Below, in pieces: positions 31,815-48,272 of a stretch of DNA of 64,000 bases; positions within the stretch are counted from its first letter, which is position 1; each line of letters starts with the position of its first letter. Source of the stretch: the human T2T-CHM13v2.0 reference genome, Homo sapiens. Where the stretch lies: assembly GCF_009914755.1 (NCBI RefSeq), contig NC_060925.1, one strand, 5' to 3'. The notes beneath the pieces were generated by a model, which was given only the letters and a program-made list of their open reading frames with translations, had not been told where the DNA came from and did no database searches. Position numbers and translations under genes: made by a program.

Positions 31815-32360
31815 TCTTTCATTCACTCCTACAATTACTCAACAAATATTTTAAGCACCTACTAAGTACCAGGCACTATTTGGATGTGGGGGACACAACA
31901 AGAGGAAAAACTGACAAAAATTCTTGCTTTCACAGAGTTTATGTTCTAGTGGAATAAGAGGTATAAATAAGTAGGCAACCAAATGCATTATGGAGTATAT
32001 GGTGTGATGATCCAGGTTACGAAGAAAGTAAGGGTGAGTGTGTGCTGAGTGCCAAGGAGTGGGTGGGGTCGCTGCTTGAGCAAAGCCCCGAAGGAAGCAG
32101 CCACAGAGTGGGGCTTGCAGATTTTGGGAAGAAGAGTGAGTGCAGTGCTCTGGGCAGAGGCAGTAGCCACTGTGGCTTTGGCGGCCCTATGGAAGAAGCA
32201 TGACTGGTGTGTGACAAGACAAGTAAGCTGGCCAGGGTGGCTGGCCTGGTGAGCAAGTTGGGACAGATGGAGGTGGGTAGAGAGGCTAGGGAGTAACAGT
32301 AGTTGAAACCAGGCCTTGTGGGTCCCTGTGGAGACAGATTCTCATCTGAGTGAAATGAAA
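31815..32360 (-). mobile_element. L2 3' end fragment
   Basis: caacaaatattttaagcacctactaagtaccaggcact resembles the antisense L2 terminus. Confidence 0.7.
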
Positions 32361-32496
32361 ACTTTCATTGTAGCTTAACAGTATGTTAAGCTGTTTAAAT
32401 ACTAAATGCCTTTTATTTTTCTGTAGCATTGTCACATATATCAGCTACCATGTGGCTAAATTGGAAATGTCAAAATGACCATAAAGAGTGACTGCT

Positions 32497-32916
<420 letters not shown>

Positions 32917-33718
32917 TCACCTTGCCAACAACCACTTGCATTATGGGCTTTGAATTTCTCATCTGAAAGGTGCAGAGGATGGATGAGATTAGTGGTTTTT
33001 CAGGCTCTGATTCATGGAGCATGAGGAATTCCTTGAAGGCCCTTTCATTTTTATTTTTATCCTAAAGGCCCTTTTATTTTTAAATTTGCACACAAGCTTC
33101 ACTTAGAAGAAAGTGCCCTCTCGCTTACGAAAAGAAATCCCTGACTTGGTTATGCCTTAGGTCTTTTTAGAATGATGAATTTGCAGTCTCATAGAATCTC
33201 AGATGACATGAGGACTAAAAGAGAAAAACTGCTTCAGAATCCCTTCTTACTCAGTGTCTCTTGGTGACAGTGTTCGTTATCTCTTGTTGAAATCAAGGGG
33301 CAATTTGACAACAGTTAGATGAGGCTTTTGAGCTCCCATCCTTCAACCTTGGTGAAGTGGCTTCTATCGTGATACAGACTTCAGCTAAGTGAATAATATA
33401 ATCTGTGAAAGTCTTAGAAGGACTTTCTGGCACAATTTAGAAACTAGCAATCGAGACAAATAAGGATAGTTGATATATAGAGAAGGGCATAGGAATATCC
33501 CAATTTTTAAAAATGACATGAGCATTCTCATTGTATGTATTATATATATTGAAAAGTAGTCATATCCTAATAACCCAGTTATATAATTGGAAGAGAGACT
33601 GGATATTTTTTGGTACTTATGGTTAATGATATATTTTAGTGAAAGTTTTATTTTCTGATTGAAGAAATAGGAAAATTGTCCTTTAAGATACTGACTGTCT
33701 GCTTCCTTTCCAATCTAG

Positions 33719-33774
33719 AATCTCAATCTGCTGTTTCAGAAACTCCCCAAAAACGCTCAGATGCTGTCCAGAAG
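33719..33774 (+). CDS. FMN2: FMN2 internal coding exon (exon 4), 56 nt, phase 1 to 0: (E)SQSAVSETPQKRSDAVQK
   Basis: ctgac branch-like motif plus gcttcctttccaatctag|AATCT acceptor; AAG|gtaaga donor; frame continuous with both neighbouring exons. Confidence 0.95.
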
Positions 33775-34241
33775 GTAAGATGATCTTATTAGGATGTCAG
33801 ATTCCCATCTGTCTTATTTGTCTTAAGATTGTGACAGACTCTGCGATTTATCTTTCCATCTGCCCGGCTGGCTAGGATGCCCTTGTTTTCCCTAAGCCTG
33901 CAGTGGAATCCAGTCAGGCAGAAGGGGATGTTTTCTTCCATTTATTTTTTGCATACAAAATCAGCCTTGAAATGGAACTGAGTACAAGCTTTTCAGAAGC
34001 TGTTTTATTCTATATCCAGCCAAAGAGTTGGGCCCAATAACAGCGGGCTCCAGCAGGAAACGGTGGCCACTCCAGGGAGAAGTCTGCGAGATGTGCCTGC
34101 TCAAACAGTCCCATGGCTATGATCTTTAAAAAGAAATCTGTCAGAGCTTTGCTAAAGTCAAATAAGGTTCTTATTACTTTGGTGGATGAAACATTAATTA
34201 GTATCTGTTTAATTTCCAGGAAACTATTTTTTTTCTGTTAC

Positions 34242-34608
34242 TGTATTAGTCCGTTTTCACACTGCTGATAAGGGTGTACCCAAGAATGGGCAATTTACAA
34301 AAGAAAGAGGCTTATTGGACTTACACTTCCACATGGCTGGGGAGGCCTCACAAGTTCATGGTGGAAGGCAAGGAGAAGCAAATCACATCTTATGTGGATG
34401 GCAGAAGGCAAAAAAGAGCTTGTGCAGAGAAACTCCCATTTTTAAAACCATTAGATCTCGTGAGACCCATTCACTATCATGAGAAGAGCATGGGAAAGAT
34501 CAGCCCCCATGATTCAGTCATCTCCCACCAGGTCCCTCCCACAACATGTGGGAATTATGGGAGCTACAAGATGAGATTTGGCTGGGGACACAGAGCCAAA
34601 CCATATCA
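34242..34608 (-). mobile_element. THE1 (MaLR) solo LTR with perfect 5-bp TSD gttac
   Basis: Ends tgtattagtccgttttcac...gccaaaccatatca; TSD at 34237-34241 and 34609-34613. Confidence 0.93.
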
Positions 34609-36472
34609 GTTACCAAAGAAGCCAAATTTTGTGGGTTTTTTTTTCTTACGCTAAAATGCAAGCTATGCTAAAATGGATTTCTTATTAAAAAAAAAAAACT
34701 GCAAGAAAGGAAACGTGTATGGAATAGTAATTGTGGATAGCAATTGCTCTTTTGGATATAAAACCATTGCTTACAAACCAATTTACATTTTCACCCAACT
34801 ATGCTTTTGTCAGTAACTTAGTATTAGAAATGAACAGTAAAAAGATGTGTTCTGTTCTGTTGGTGGTCTAGGAGAAAATGAGGAGACACATACTTGGGTT
34901 TTACACCCGGATCTATTTCTGATTAGTGTGATGACAACAAGCTTAGATTACCTGGGACATAGGGTTCTTCTCTGTAAAATTAAATTATTGCTGATCTCTG
35001 ATAACTCATCAAATAAAGTAACTTCCCTTTAGAAAAGAATCCCTGTGTTATACATGAAAGTTGTGCTCCCCCTGGAGGAGAAATTGGGGTACAACATTGG
35101 TTGAAAACAGCACCTGGGTGCTTTTCAAAAATGCGGCTAGGTTAGCTATCCTTAAGGACAGTTCATTGAAAAAGCAAGTTTTTCCAGCTTATTGTTATGG
35201 GAGCAGAGGGCTACATCAACTTGGTGGCACTTGGAGAGGCACGGTGGGCTCAACTGATGGTTCCTTAATTATCTGCAATGATTAGCCCACAGCGAATAAG
35301 AGAAAGAAAGATAAAAAGGTAAAAAGAAATAGTAAAGTCAGCAGTTATTAAGAAAGATAGTACCCTCAAATCTTCCCTCACTTTTTAAGCCTTTTTTTTG
35401 GTGTGGAAAGCATGGCTAAATTGTGATTTAAAGGGATACATTAAGTTTTTCTAAATTCTTATGTTCAGGACGTATATGAATCAATTGTTACATACGATAA
35501 TGTCAAAGAGAACCTGAACAGGAAGTATTTGATAATATCAACAATGATAAAACATGTACAGCATTGCTTTCTATATTATGCTATTTCAAGATACATATTC
35601 ATGTGTGTAACATTATAGTGTTTTTCCTGAGCGATGGACCATGGTAAAATATATTGCAATAAGCAGAAAACCTAATGGAGTAGGTTATTTAAAAACACTT
35701 GATTTTACAACTTGAAGACTCAAGGGTGAAATAGATTGAATAAATGTTACATCTTATCCTTGTTGACAGTGAAGTGTCTGGAAGTCAGGAAAATTAATTG
35801 AGAGGGAACAATATTTGGAAGCAATCGATTTTAAGCACCCGACAATGACATCACTTACTTTTGGAATCATTAACTCTTTGTCATACATTTATTTTACGGG
35901 CTGATTCTTTTCTTAGATGATATGGATATGTTTCATGACAGGCTAAAGTAACTGGCCGTAAAGGGGATAGGGAAAACTCAAATTAATTGTCAACCTACTG
36001 TATACCTGTTCTTTTACTCTATTACCTTAAGAAATCCTCACAATAATCCTTTAAAGTAACTATTATAATGCGCATTTAACTGCTAAAGAAAATGATTATA
36101 TGAGTTAAAATAACTTGCATCAGATCACAAACTTGATAAAGGGTAGGCTCGCTATTTGAGTACAGATCTGTTTGATTTTATACTTATACTATGATAAAAA
36201 TTATACTTTTACATGGGTAATCACCCGATGCCAAAATCGTCAGATGAATGAGATGAGATTCTAAATTTATTTTATTATATGTAAACTCTACCATGTATCA
36301 GTTGGATGTCCAGATACATTATAGAGGCAAATAGGTATATTAGTTCACTTATACATTTTGAAGTTTTACTAGAACTTTGATGTGCTAAGTTGTGTTAATT
36401 TTACTAACTTTAGTGCTTTGTTATTATGTAAAAAAAATTATTTTTCATGGAAAGTCCTTGCTTTTTCCTTCT

Positions 36473-36491
36473 TAGTCACTAGATGGCAGTT
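36473..36491 (+). promoter_or_regulatory. CTCF-like motif (tagtcactagatggcagtt)
   Basis: Matches the core CCASYAGRKGGCRS apart from the first C; motif match only. Confidence 0.45.
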
Positions 36492-39400
36492 CTGTATCTC
36501 TAAATGCAGCTGGAAATGAGAGGTTTGAAGGCAGTTTTCTCAGTATGAATGATGAACCTAAGAGATTTTTCTGGTCCATCAGCGTTGCCTGCGTTCTTCT
36601 GTGGTCGTAATGTGAGATCCCCAGGACTGCTTAGTCAGAGGCTTGCAGCCGAGTTGGAAAGCATCCTCTCTAAGTTATTCTTCAGATGTGTGTTCAGACA
36701 CCTGTTCTCTCAATCTGAGCACATTGGAATTTATTGAATGAGTTTTGACTTTTACTCTTTCTGTAGTTAATAATTCTGAGAGTGCGATATCCCTAGAAAA
36801 AACACATGACTCATAAAGCCTTTCCTCAACTCACAGGAGTAGAAGGCTGTGGTGTTGCCAGAGAGTCTGATGCTTAAAGCAAATACAGCTGGCACTCAAG
36901 TGAAAAGAACGGACTGTAGCTACTCCTTGAATGCTTTTATTGATGACCCTGTGGAATTAGGTTTTCAAATAAAATTACATTCTTGAGACCTCACTTACTG
37001 ATTATTTTAATTTCAAGTAATATGCTCTGAAAATCTGCTCTATCTGAAGAATTATGTCATAAAACTGAAATGCGACTGTCTTTTGATTCTGTTTATTAAA
37101 ATCTTTGCCATTTGAAATATTTAAACTGTAAAGCCTTTTATACTCTGTAGTATATAATAGCTTAGTGTCAATTATTTTATCTAAGAACATTTGCTTCTAA
37201 GTTAAAGATTGGTGTATGGTAACATGCTTCACCTGGTAGCCACCTAGTTTCTAACTTTTTGCTTTTGAAATTATATATACAATTTTTGTTTCAAAGCATT
37301 TTTCTAAAACTCTTGGTATCTTTCTAATATACATGGACTAGCTGGAAGGGAAATAGAATAACATTTTGATTTTTAAAAACTCTAGCTTTGGGTAAGAATT
37401 GAAAATAACAGGTAATTGAAAGTCAGGTCTTTGAACATTATAATATTTATCATTTATCAATAGTCACATCTATTACAAAGTGCTAGACAATAAAAAGGAA
37501 TTAGACGATATCAGCACTGTCTTCCCCCATATGTTGTATGATCTATATGCAAATAAATTCTCAAGTGTCAGAAAAACGCTTTGCTCTGATCAGCCCTACC
37601 GAGTCCCCTCATTGCCCAATCTAACTGCAAATTTATTTGAAGAAGTAAATATTTTTTTACTGGATCTCCTTAAAGTATCTGTTATAGTACTCTTTATGCA
37701 GTGGCCACTCAGTTCCATTAGTTTCAGAAATAATTTAGGAACAAGTCAAGGAAACAGATGGAGTAATGTGGAGTAGCCTTGTGGATGGTCTTGGTTACTC
37801 AGAAACAAAGTTTGAAGAGCAAAAGAAGCATTGGTCAGATCAAAAGAAAGTGGAGTAAAAGTGATTCTGAAGAAATAATGCTGGAGACTTAATAAAACAA
37901 GCCATTTGAATTGGGGTAGAATGTCTTAGACATATAGAAAGTTTCTAAAGAAACATTGTTGAGTATGAGGTCTTTCTCAACTCCAAGGCAAAAGGTAATA
38001 TGAATTTGCAAAGTAATTGGAAACCAACAAAACAATAACCCACAAGACAAGTAAATAACTAAAATAAGGCGGAGTAAGAAATACAAGTCTTAAAGGAGAT
38101 AGAGAGAGAGATACTTGGGTCTGAAACCATGAGTTAGTCATCCTTGAAGTCTTCCTCAGTGTCTAATCATTCTTAGGTCCTCAATAAATAGTTTAACCAC
38201 TAAATACTCTGACCTAATGAGTCTGGGAAGGGGCAAGCGAGAGATGGTTAGGAAGGGAAGAGAAGACAGGATACCCTTAGGGCAGTGCTGACATTGAAGA
38301 TAGGTAACATTTTGAAAGGTATTCACCATACTATGTTAAGAGAAAGAAAGGATTTTTTTTTTTTTGGTGTGGGAATAATTTTTATTCTGTAGAAACTCCA
38401 AGGAGCTCAGAGAAAAATATAGACGTTTTAGCTTAGAAATAATCACAAAAGAAACTCTTCTATGAGTTTTAAGAATGAAAACCAGCTAACATCTGGAAAG
38501 CAGTTAGAACTTGAGATGAGAATGTGAAGAAATAATTGGATGTCACAGATTGTTTTTGTTTTTCCTTGGGGTGGTCAGGCTTGGGGGTGAAATGAAGTAA
38601 TATCTTTGCTCTATTGAGTTTTAGATGGTGTAAAACTAGTTTGCACTATGCAACATTATTAATGGCCTGTGGAGAAAGGCAAACAGTCCAAGCAGCTAAT
38701 CCAATGGGGGTCGTGGAGCTGATAAAAGTTCTCTGCTTATAAAGGAGGCTTGTCCTTTATTGAACATCTGCTGACCTACTGTGTGCAAGGTATTTGTGGT
38801 AGATATTGAAGGAAATACGAAGAATTATAAGACAAAATCTTGGGTATTAAGAAGCAGACAGTTAGAAGAACATACCTCTTTCACGTACATGAAATGATTT
38901 GCGAGATGCAATGTAATTCTGCCAAGATAAACTTAACAAAAAGGGTGAAGGTTGTTGAGAGACTACAATTAAGGGCAATTTCTTAGGAAGGGTGAAATTT
39001 AGATCAAATCGTCATTTTTGGATAGATGGAGGGAAGAAGAGTGAGTATTTCAGATCAGAGAAGAGAGTAAAGGTAGAAAATTGGAAGTGAACATGGCACT
39101 GGGTGTGGGGCCAGGGAGAAGCGCAATAGTCCAGGTGACCTGAGAGGCAGCTCAGCTGGCAGCTGCCCTGGAGACCCAGGTTTTGCTTTCCTTCTCCCGG
39201 GCCTCCTTGGCCTGCAGCCTGACAGTGCCTTAACCCAGAGCCCAGTCTTATCTGGATTACTGCAGTATTCTCCCGATGGGTCTCTCTGCTTCCAGTCTTA
39301 ACCCTTCTAATCTCTCCTCCACAATGCCTCCAGAGTTATCTTTCTAAAATCCAAATTTGCTGATGTCTGATATCTGCTTAGACTCATCCAGTGACTGCTC

Positions 39401-39850
39401 ATAGCATTTGAGAAAATGTTCAGACTCCTGAGTTTGACACATGGGGTTTTCCCTTGCCATCCTCAGTCTTCAGCGTTATCACTCACTATTTCCTGTATGA
39501 TTGGCTGGCTTGTTCCAACCCTAAAAAATACACTAGTTTTTTTGTTTTGTTTTGTTTTTGTTTGTTTTTTGTTGTTGTTGTTGTTTTTTTAATCTTTAGG
39601 ATCCTTCATATCTGTCTTATACATGTTTCTTCTGCACTCCTCTTTTTAAAAATCTACTTCTATTTTTTAATCTAAATTTGTCTAAACTTGATTTTGTTCT
39701 AGACACTGGACTTGAGAAGACTCAGTCTAGGGTGCATTTCAGGAGTGGTAGAACATTTGCTTATATTCATACCATAGTGGTTGAGGATCTGGGCTTTGGA
39801 CCAGTTTTCCTGGGCACAAATCCCAGTTATTCCACTTTTAACTGGGGAAC

Positions 39851-40377
39851 TGTCAAAGATGAACAAAGTCAGACATTAGTTAAAATGGTAAGGACAGATT
39901 TTATATCAGTGGCAACTATTGCGCTAGGGAAGAGTCCAGCGTGAACTAAACTCAACTTTGATTTGTACAGAGGTGACCAAGCATTTTAAAGGGAGAATAA
40001 AGGAATAGGGAGAAGGGTGAGTGGAGGCTCAGGAGACTCAGAAGTGAAAAACTGCAAGGGTTCATTAGTGTAAATGAGATTAGGCCAGCTGTGTCTACTA
40101 ACTGGCAGTTATAAGTTAGGAGTCTGTCCTCCGCCAGAGACTAGGAAAGAGGCCCCATCCTCAGGTGAAGGCTGAAACAGTAAGTTGTTTTGGCAGCCTT
40201 GAGTTTTCTTAGGCAGTAATTTAAAGAGCGGTAGGATTATCTTTGGGATGCAGCCTTTAGTTGGTAGAAACTATGTTAATGTTTGCTCAAGCCTTTACAG
40301 GCCAAGGCTAAGGCCTAGTTGAGAAGAGGGCTCAGAGGAGCCTGGCTAGAGCTTGATCAAGAAGAGAATCTTTGTTA
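39851..40377 (-). mobile_element. ERV1 solo LTR (MER31/MER67 family), inserted in a MIR
   Basis: The reverse complement begins taacaaagattctcttcttgatcaagctctagccaggctcctctgagccctcttctcaactaggcc; MIR halves lie at about 39770-39850 and 40380-40540. Confidence 0.75.
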
Positions 40378-40596
40378 GAATTTAAGAATAGCATTTTACT
40401 CTGTGTGCCTTAGTTTTCTCATCTATAAAATGGGTATAATAAGAATTCCTATCTCTACATTTTTTTTTTGTGAGTTTTAAATATATTTATGTAAAATGCT
40501 TTGGAGGAGTTCCTGGCACTCAAAATGTTAGCTCTTTATCATTATTGTTGTTATAGTTGAGCAATACTCTGGTTTTGAAAGTTGCTTTCATTGCAT

Positions 40597-41224
40597 AGGT
40601 GGTCCTCATTATTCTTGGATTTGCATGTATTTGCGAACTCACCTACTTGCTAACATTTATTTGGAGCCCCCAAATCATATTCATATGGTGCTTTCACGGC
40701 CAATCACAAACACGCTCCAAGTGGCAAGAAATTTGAGTTGCTTGACGTGGACTTTCCCAGCTGATGTTGAATGAGGTGAAGCTCTGCTTTCTTCTTTCAG
40801 CTCTCATTCTGTAAATAAGAGTGTTTTTGTGGCTGTTTTTTCATGTTTTTGTGCTTTTTCTTGTTGGTTTTACTGTTCGAAATTGCCTCCAGGCATAGAG
40901 CTGCCGTGTTGTCTAATGTTCCTACGTGCAAGAAGGCTGTGATGTGCCTTGTGGCAAAAACACATGTCAGATAAGCTTTGTTCAGGCTTCAGTGATGCTG
41001 CTGTTGGCCATAGTAAATCAGCAATATATATTAAATAAAGTGTCTTTCAGCAGGAACACACATTTAAAAAAGGTAATGCATTGATTGGTTGACAAAAATG
41101 TGACCAGGGGCTTGCAGGAATCTAAACCTGTATTTTTTCTAGAAGCAATATTCAGTATTCACTAATTTGATGTTCACAAAGACTTTATAGGACAAAACTA
41201 CTGTGAATAACAAGAATTGACTGT
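40597..41224 (+). mobile_element. MER82-like TcMar-Tigger DNA transposon
   Basis: Termini ggtcctcattattc and gaataacaagaattgactg; the internal sequence resembles MER82 as I recall it. Confidence 0.75.
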
Positions 41225-41247
41225 ATCTTTTTAAATTCTCACAATAA

Positions 41248-41545
41248 GGCTGGGTGTGGTAGCTCATGCCTGAAATTCTAGCACTTTGGGAGGCTGAGGT
41301 GGGAGGATCACTTGAGCCCAGGAGTCTGAGACTAGCATTGGCAACATAGGGAGACCCTGTCTCTACCAATAATAATAAAAAAAACAGCTGGCCATGGTGG
41401 CATGAGCTACTTGGGAGGCTGAGACAAGAGGATCACCTGAGCCCAGGAGGTCAAGGCTGCAGTGAGCTATGATTGTGCCACTGCACTCCAGCTGGTACAA
41501 CAGAATGAGACCCTGTCTTGAAAAAACCAAAACAAGACAAAAACC
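41248..41545 (+). mobile_element. Alu (AluJ-like)
   Basis: Sense dimer. Confidence 0.88.
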
Positions 41546-41894
41546 CAACATTCTCACAATATCCTTTTGCAGTAGGCAGAGTGAGTGATGGAGTCTCCAC
41601 ATTTTATGGACTATTCAAGGTCTTATGAGCCTAATAGAGGATTTAAAACGTTTTATGCTCAGTAGTCGGGAGCCATGAGTTTTTGAGGAATGAGCAAGAC
41701 AGTTTAAGGAACAATTACCTGGCAAGGGAATGTAGAATGATAGGAAGAGGGAGAGTGGAGCCAGTTAGGACCAGCTATTAAACTCTCAAAGTAATTCCAT
41801 TACTTCTCAGCTAAGGTGCTGATGTGATACAGGAAAAGTGGCAACCAAGAATTGAAATGATGGGTTTGGTAACCATGTCTAGGGTATAAATTAG

Positions 41895-42360
<466 letters not shown>

Positions 42361-42439
42361 TGATCGAAAGATGTTCCCAAGCCTAGGTAAACTACAGGAC
42401 AGGCAAAGGAGTATTTTGTTGGAGGATAAGATGCTTGAT

Positions 42440-43541
<1,102 letters not shown>

Positions 43542-44337
43542 TAATGCAAGGGAGGCGATTAGGAGGTAAAAAACTGAGCTGCACTTTCCATCCATAGATC
43601 ATTCAAGGAAAGTGAAGCTGGAATAAAATAGTGCTTTCCTTCCTTGCATTACTTGAGACAATTAAGGGATAGATTGCTTTAAAGTATGGTCCAGTACCTC
43701 CTGCAACTCTAGCTCAAATAAGTAGAAAGAAACTTCTCAATATGTGAGCAGGAACCAAAAAGGCTGGTTCTTTTTGCTGTTTATCTCCCTTTTTTCCCTA
43801 AATGTTTATTGCTTCCACTGTGTTTGTTCACTAAAGATCATTACTTTAACCTTCCCATCGTATCAGCTCCCATTCTAAAGAGATGTTAAAAGTAATACAG
43901 CCAAGTATGATTTCTAACGTACGCCTCTTCCTTCCATATCACATTTCTCAGTCATCCGTGAAGGAATGGAAAGAGATTTGCCATGTCCATTCCAGTTCAG
44001 AAATATTATAATTTCCATAATTCATCATGTATTTTATACTAAGGATTCTAGAGATGCCATCTCAGCTCCCTGTGTGAGGCTCTTTCCCATAATATGTTCT
44101 ATTTTAAAAAGCCCTAGGCAAGTTATTTACCATTTGCCATCTGTTCTAATATTCTTTCTTGAAATTTCCCTTTCAAACTTAAAATTGCTTGTATTTTAGT
44201 TTTGTGCAAAATTATATCTATATAACACCTCGATCTCTTTCCCTATGGGATCATGTGTAGCAGATGTTAACATATTATAAACTGGAATGCCATTGGTTGT
44301 TCCAAAACTAGGATGTTTCTTAATTTAGAACATGACA

Positions 44338-44685
<348 letters not shown>

Positions 44686-47600
44686 CTATTTTACAGATGT
44701 CTAGAGGTATCCTAACCTGCCAGTAATGTTGCTTTAGAATTTAGCAGAATTTGAAAAATCTAAATATGGTAGAAAATTAATTATATATCTCATGTTAAAA
44801 TTTATAAAATAAATTATTACAGCGTTAACTTACCAATAAGCAGCTTTTAAATTCTAGGCTTTAAAAGTATCCTGCTTACATAATAAACATAATAAAGTTT
44901 CAAAGATGAGCAAATTAACTTTTCAGCAAAAGCTTTACTTGAGTGTATCTTGGCTTCTTTTTTGACAGTTGTAACCTTAATGTTACAGTAATGTTTTCTT
45001 TTTCTGGGAATCAGATAATCTTCTGTTTGGAAAAATATTTTTGGTGAACATTTTATTTTTTAATGGAAACTTGTATTATGTGATACGCAAGTGTTCAAAC
45101 AATTTATAAGAGCTAACCATCACCACCCACATATAAGATTATACAGGAATGGAGGAATTTTGGCTGACTTACTGTATATAATTATTGAGCCAACGTAGAT
45201 GGCAGACTCTACCACTTATGATTTAGGGTTTTGAAACAGTATTTTAAAGTACAAATAATCTCAAAATTGGTAATCTATAAAGCATATTAATTATTGTATT
45301 GACGAACTAAAAATAGATTTAACCTTCCTCCATTTATAAGGATGCATCCATTATATAGGTTCTGTACAAAATTGCCAAGCTTACTTTTCTCTTTTTCTTT
45401 TTTTACAACAAAATGTATTTAAATTTTTTGATAGGAAAAGCCATTAGCTTTCCGTAAACTGTTGCACAATCACTGGAAATGCTGAGTGAGAGTCTTTCTG
45501 AAAACTGTAGAAGGCTAAAGATAATGAAAAGTGTATCTCTTCATTGTCAAGTCCTTTGAGAATCTGATAGGCTCTATCTAGCTGCACCCTGAAGAGACAA
45601 GATTAAGTTCCAGGCGCTGGACACAGAGGAACAGGCTCCTAACTGGAGGGCTTTCCACGGACAACAGAGCGCCTGGCAGTCTCTTCGAGATTAAATCTAG
45701 GCTGTGTGGGAGGGTGGGCCCCCCAGAGCTTCATTCCACTTTGTGTGGGTCCTGAGAGTAGGGTGTTTGCTTAAATGGCAAGAAAATGGCCCTTTTTCCT
45801 GATAATTACTAATATCTGCCATGTAAATTTCTTTATAAATCCCTGAAAGAAAACAACCTATATTAGAAATCAGCTCTTACTTCTGACAAGCAATGGAGCT
45901 TTCTCTAGAGCGCTTTACAGGAAATATCTCAGCTGACTTTCTGAACTGGTACTCTCTGAGAGCCAGCCGGCCCTTGACTGATAGCCCTGGATAAGGAAGG
46001 CCAGATAAGATTCTTTGAAGACTCTCAGCTAAATTCAGAGCCCCAAATCCTACATACATTTGGCTACTCTGTAGTAGTGGATTGGTGGCCTTATTTTACA
46101 GGCTAGTCAGTTAAGGTTTGAGATGCGCTTAGTTGCTCTGCTTGTGTGGAATAGAAAAGGGGGATTGTAACATTAATACAGGGCCGGTCGGGATTTTAGG
46201 GTGCAGGTAAGGATAGGTCATAGGGAGAATGAAGATTCTAGCAGGTTGGTTTTTTGTTCTCTCTACAGTGGGAATAATGTAAGAAGCAGATAGTTTGTTG
46301 CCCCCAACTCTTTTTCCATGTTCTCTTCTATCAAAATGATCTGTACAAAAAAGTTCTGTTTATAAAAATTTTAGTCTTTCATCTTTGCAGTCTGTTATCA
46401 TCTTTATGAATTTTTTGACTCTTCCACCTTCCTGGCACCACAAGGCTAGCATTGCTATATTTATTAAAGATTCAGATTTGGAATTTTGTCCTCTTATCAC
46501 TACTTCCTCTGCCATTTGTTAGCTCTGGTTCTTATTGTATCTTACATTTGAAAACCTTTGAAGCTTATGGGGTATATCAATTCTTTATTTTCTCAACTTT
46601 TTATTATCTAAGTACCCTCAATTATCAAGTTGTTTAAAAAATAAATAAAATACATAACAGAAATTGTTCTGTTACGCACTAATAAATTGATCATTTATAA
46701 AAGTAGATCCAACCCCAAATCCCTCTCCTTTTAACACAGACCATCTGTTATTATCCACCATCCTTTAGTTTGGCAGGGTCAGTTTATCAATGATTTTTGG
46801 ATGTTTTAAACCACATGACACAAATGCAGCATAAAGTGAACTTGTTAATCATGCAGAAGTTGGAGGGTTTCTTGAAGTCAGAGAAGGTGATGGTGGAGAA
46901 CTTGAATTGCATGAACTGTAATTGATTTGTGAGCACCTCGTGGAGTTAGCTAATACAGTAAGAATGATGATGTGACAGATGTATTTAAAAAATGAATTTG
47001 CATATTAGGATTGTCAGAGGCCTTTGGGGAAATTAATGAGGTTCTCAAATACTACAAAAAAGGACCATCTTTTCATAAAAGGTGATATGATGTCATATAT
47101 CATGGCACCATATATTTTTGTTAAAAATTAGCACTGAAAATAATTTTAATTTTAATAATTTGTGCATCTTTCCATTATGATAAAAATTGTTTTAAATTAA
47201 AATGACACCCTTACTTAATTTTTAATTTCTTTTTTATGGAAAAAAAGTGAATCTTTTTTTCATAATTTATTCTGAAGTATTGGTACCTGGGTATATCAGT
47301 CAGACCTTTTGCAGGAACTGGAAACTATGCTAGGTGCATGAAACAGAAGTGTTTACTATAAAATCAGGTGTTTTATGGGAAGTTTGGAAGGTTTGAAGCA
47401 TCTGTGTCTAAGGTGACACTTTTCAAAGAAATCAAATACAACTGGATTATCAGGGGAGTTAAAACTTTTGAGGCCACCATTGCAATTTGTAGAGTGGACA
47501 TTTGAATGTTGTTGTAGAGAAGCTTTGTTTTCAGACCTTAACTGCTAACAGAGCAGTCCAGACACGGGAATATGATCCTTACCTCATTCGACTTTCTAAA

Positions 47601-48014
47601 TCTTTGTGTGGTTGCATCTAATTGGATGAATCTAGCTGCAAGGGAGTCTGCAAATGTAGTTTTTCTTTGTATTTCTGTAAACGGGAAGGGGAGGATGGAG
47701 ATTGCGAGAGCCAATCCAAGGTAACCAAAAGAAAATTTAAGTGGATTCTACTTAAGAGATCTTTTTCTGGTACTGGGTATCATGTGTAATGATGCAGTTA
47801 CATTTTTGACTGGCTATGTAAATTAGAAAGGTTAAAAAAAGTCCCAGGAATCTTCACAGTCACTAGTATTATGACCTCTGTTACCACTAACTTGGGTGCC
47901 ATGTGGAACTAGCTGGCCTGTGATGTGGGGCAGAAATCCATGTAGAAAGAGGTGTAATAATTGTTACTATGCTAGGCCATTATTAGGATCATTTTCTTTT
48001 TATTACTATTGTTG

Positions 48015-48272
48015 TTTTTTATATTTTTAGAGGCAGAGTCTCACTCTGTCTCCCAGGCTGGACTCCTGGGCTCAAGTGCTCCTCCAGTCTCAGCCTCCCA
48101 AGTAGCTAGGACTACAGGCACACACCACCACACCTGGCTATTTATTTTCCATTTTTGTTGAGATGAAGTCTTGTTATGTTGCCCATGCTGGTCTCGAACT
48201 CCTGGCTTCAAGTGATCCTCCCACTTCAGCCTCGGAAAGTGCTGGGATTACAGGCATGACCACTGTGCCTCA
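48015..48272 (-). mobile_element. Alu (AluJ-like) with an internal deletion
   Basis: Antisense Alu. Confidence 0.85.

Noticed and set aside
32372-32392. 9-bp stem hairpin agcttaaca-gta-tgttaagct, with similar 7-8 bp stems near 46655 and 55606
   Set aside because: Expected by chance in 64 kb of AT-rich DNA.
47285-47720. Possible old MLT1-type LTR; also L2-like tracts near 930-1090 and 18690-19050
   Set aside because: Too diverged to call or bound reliably by eye.
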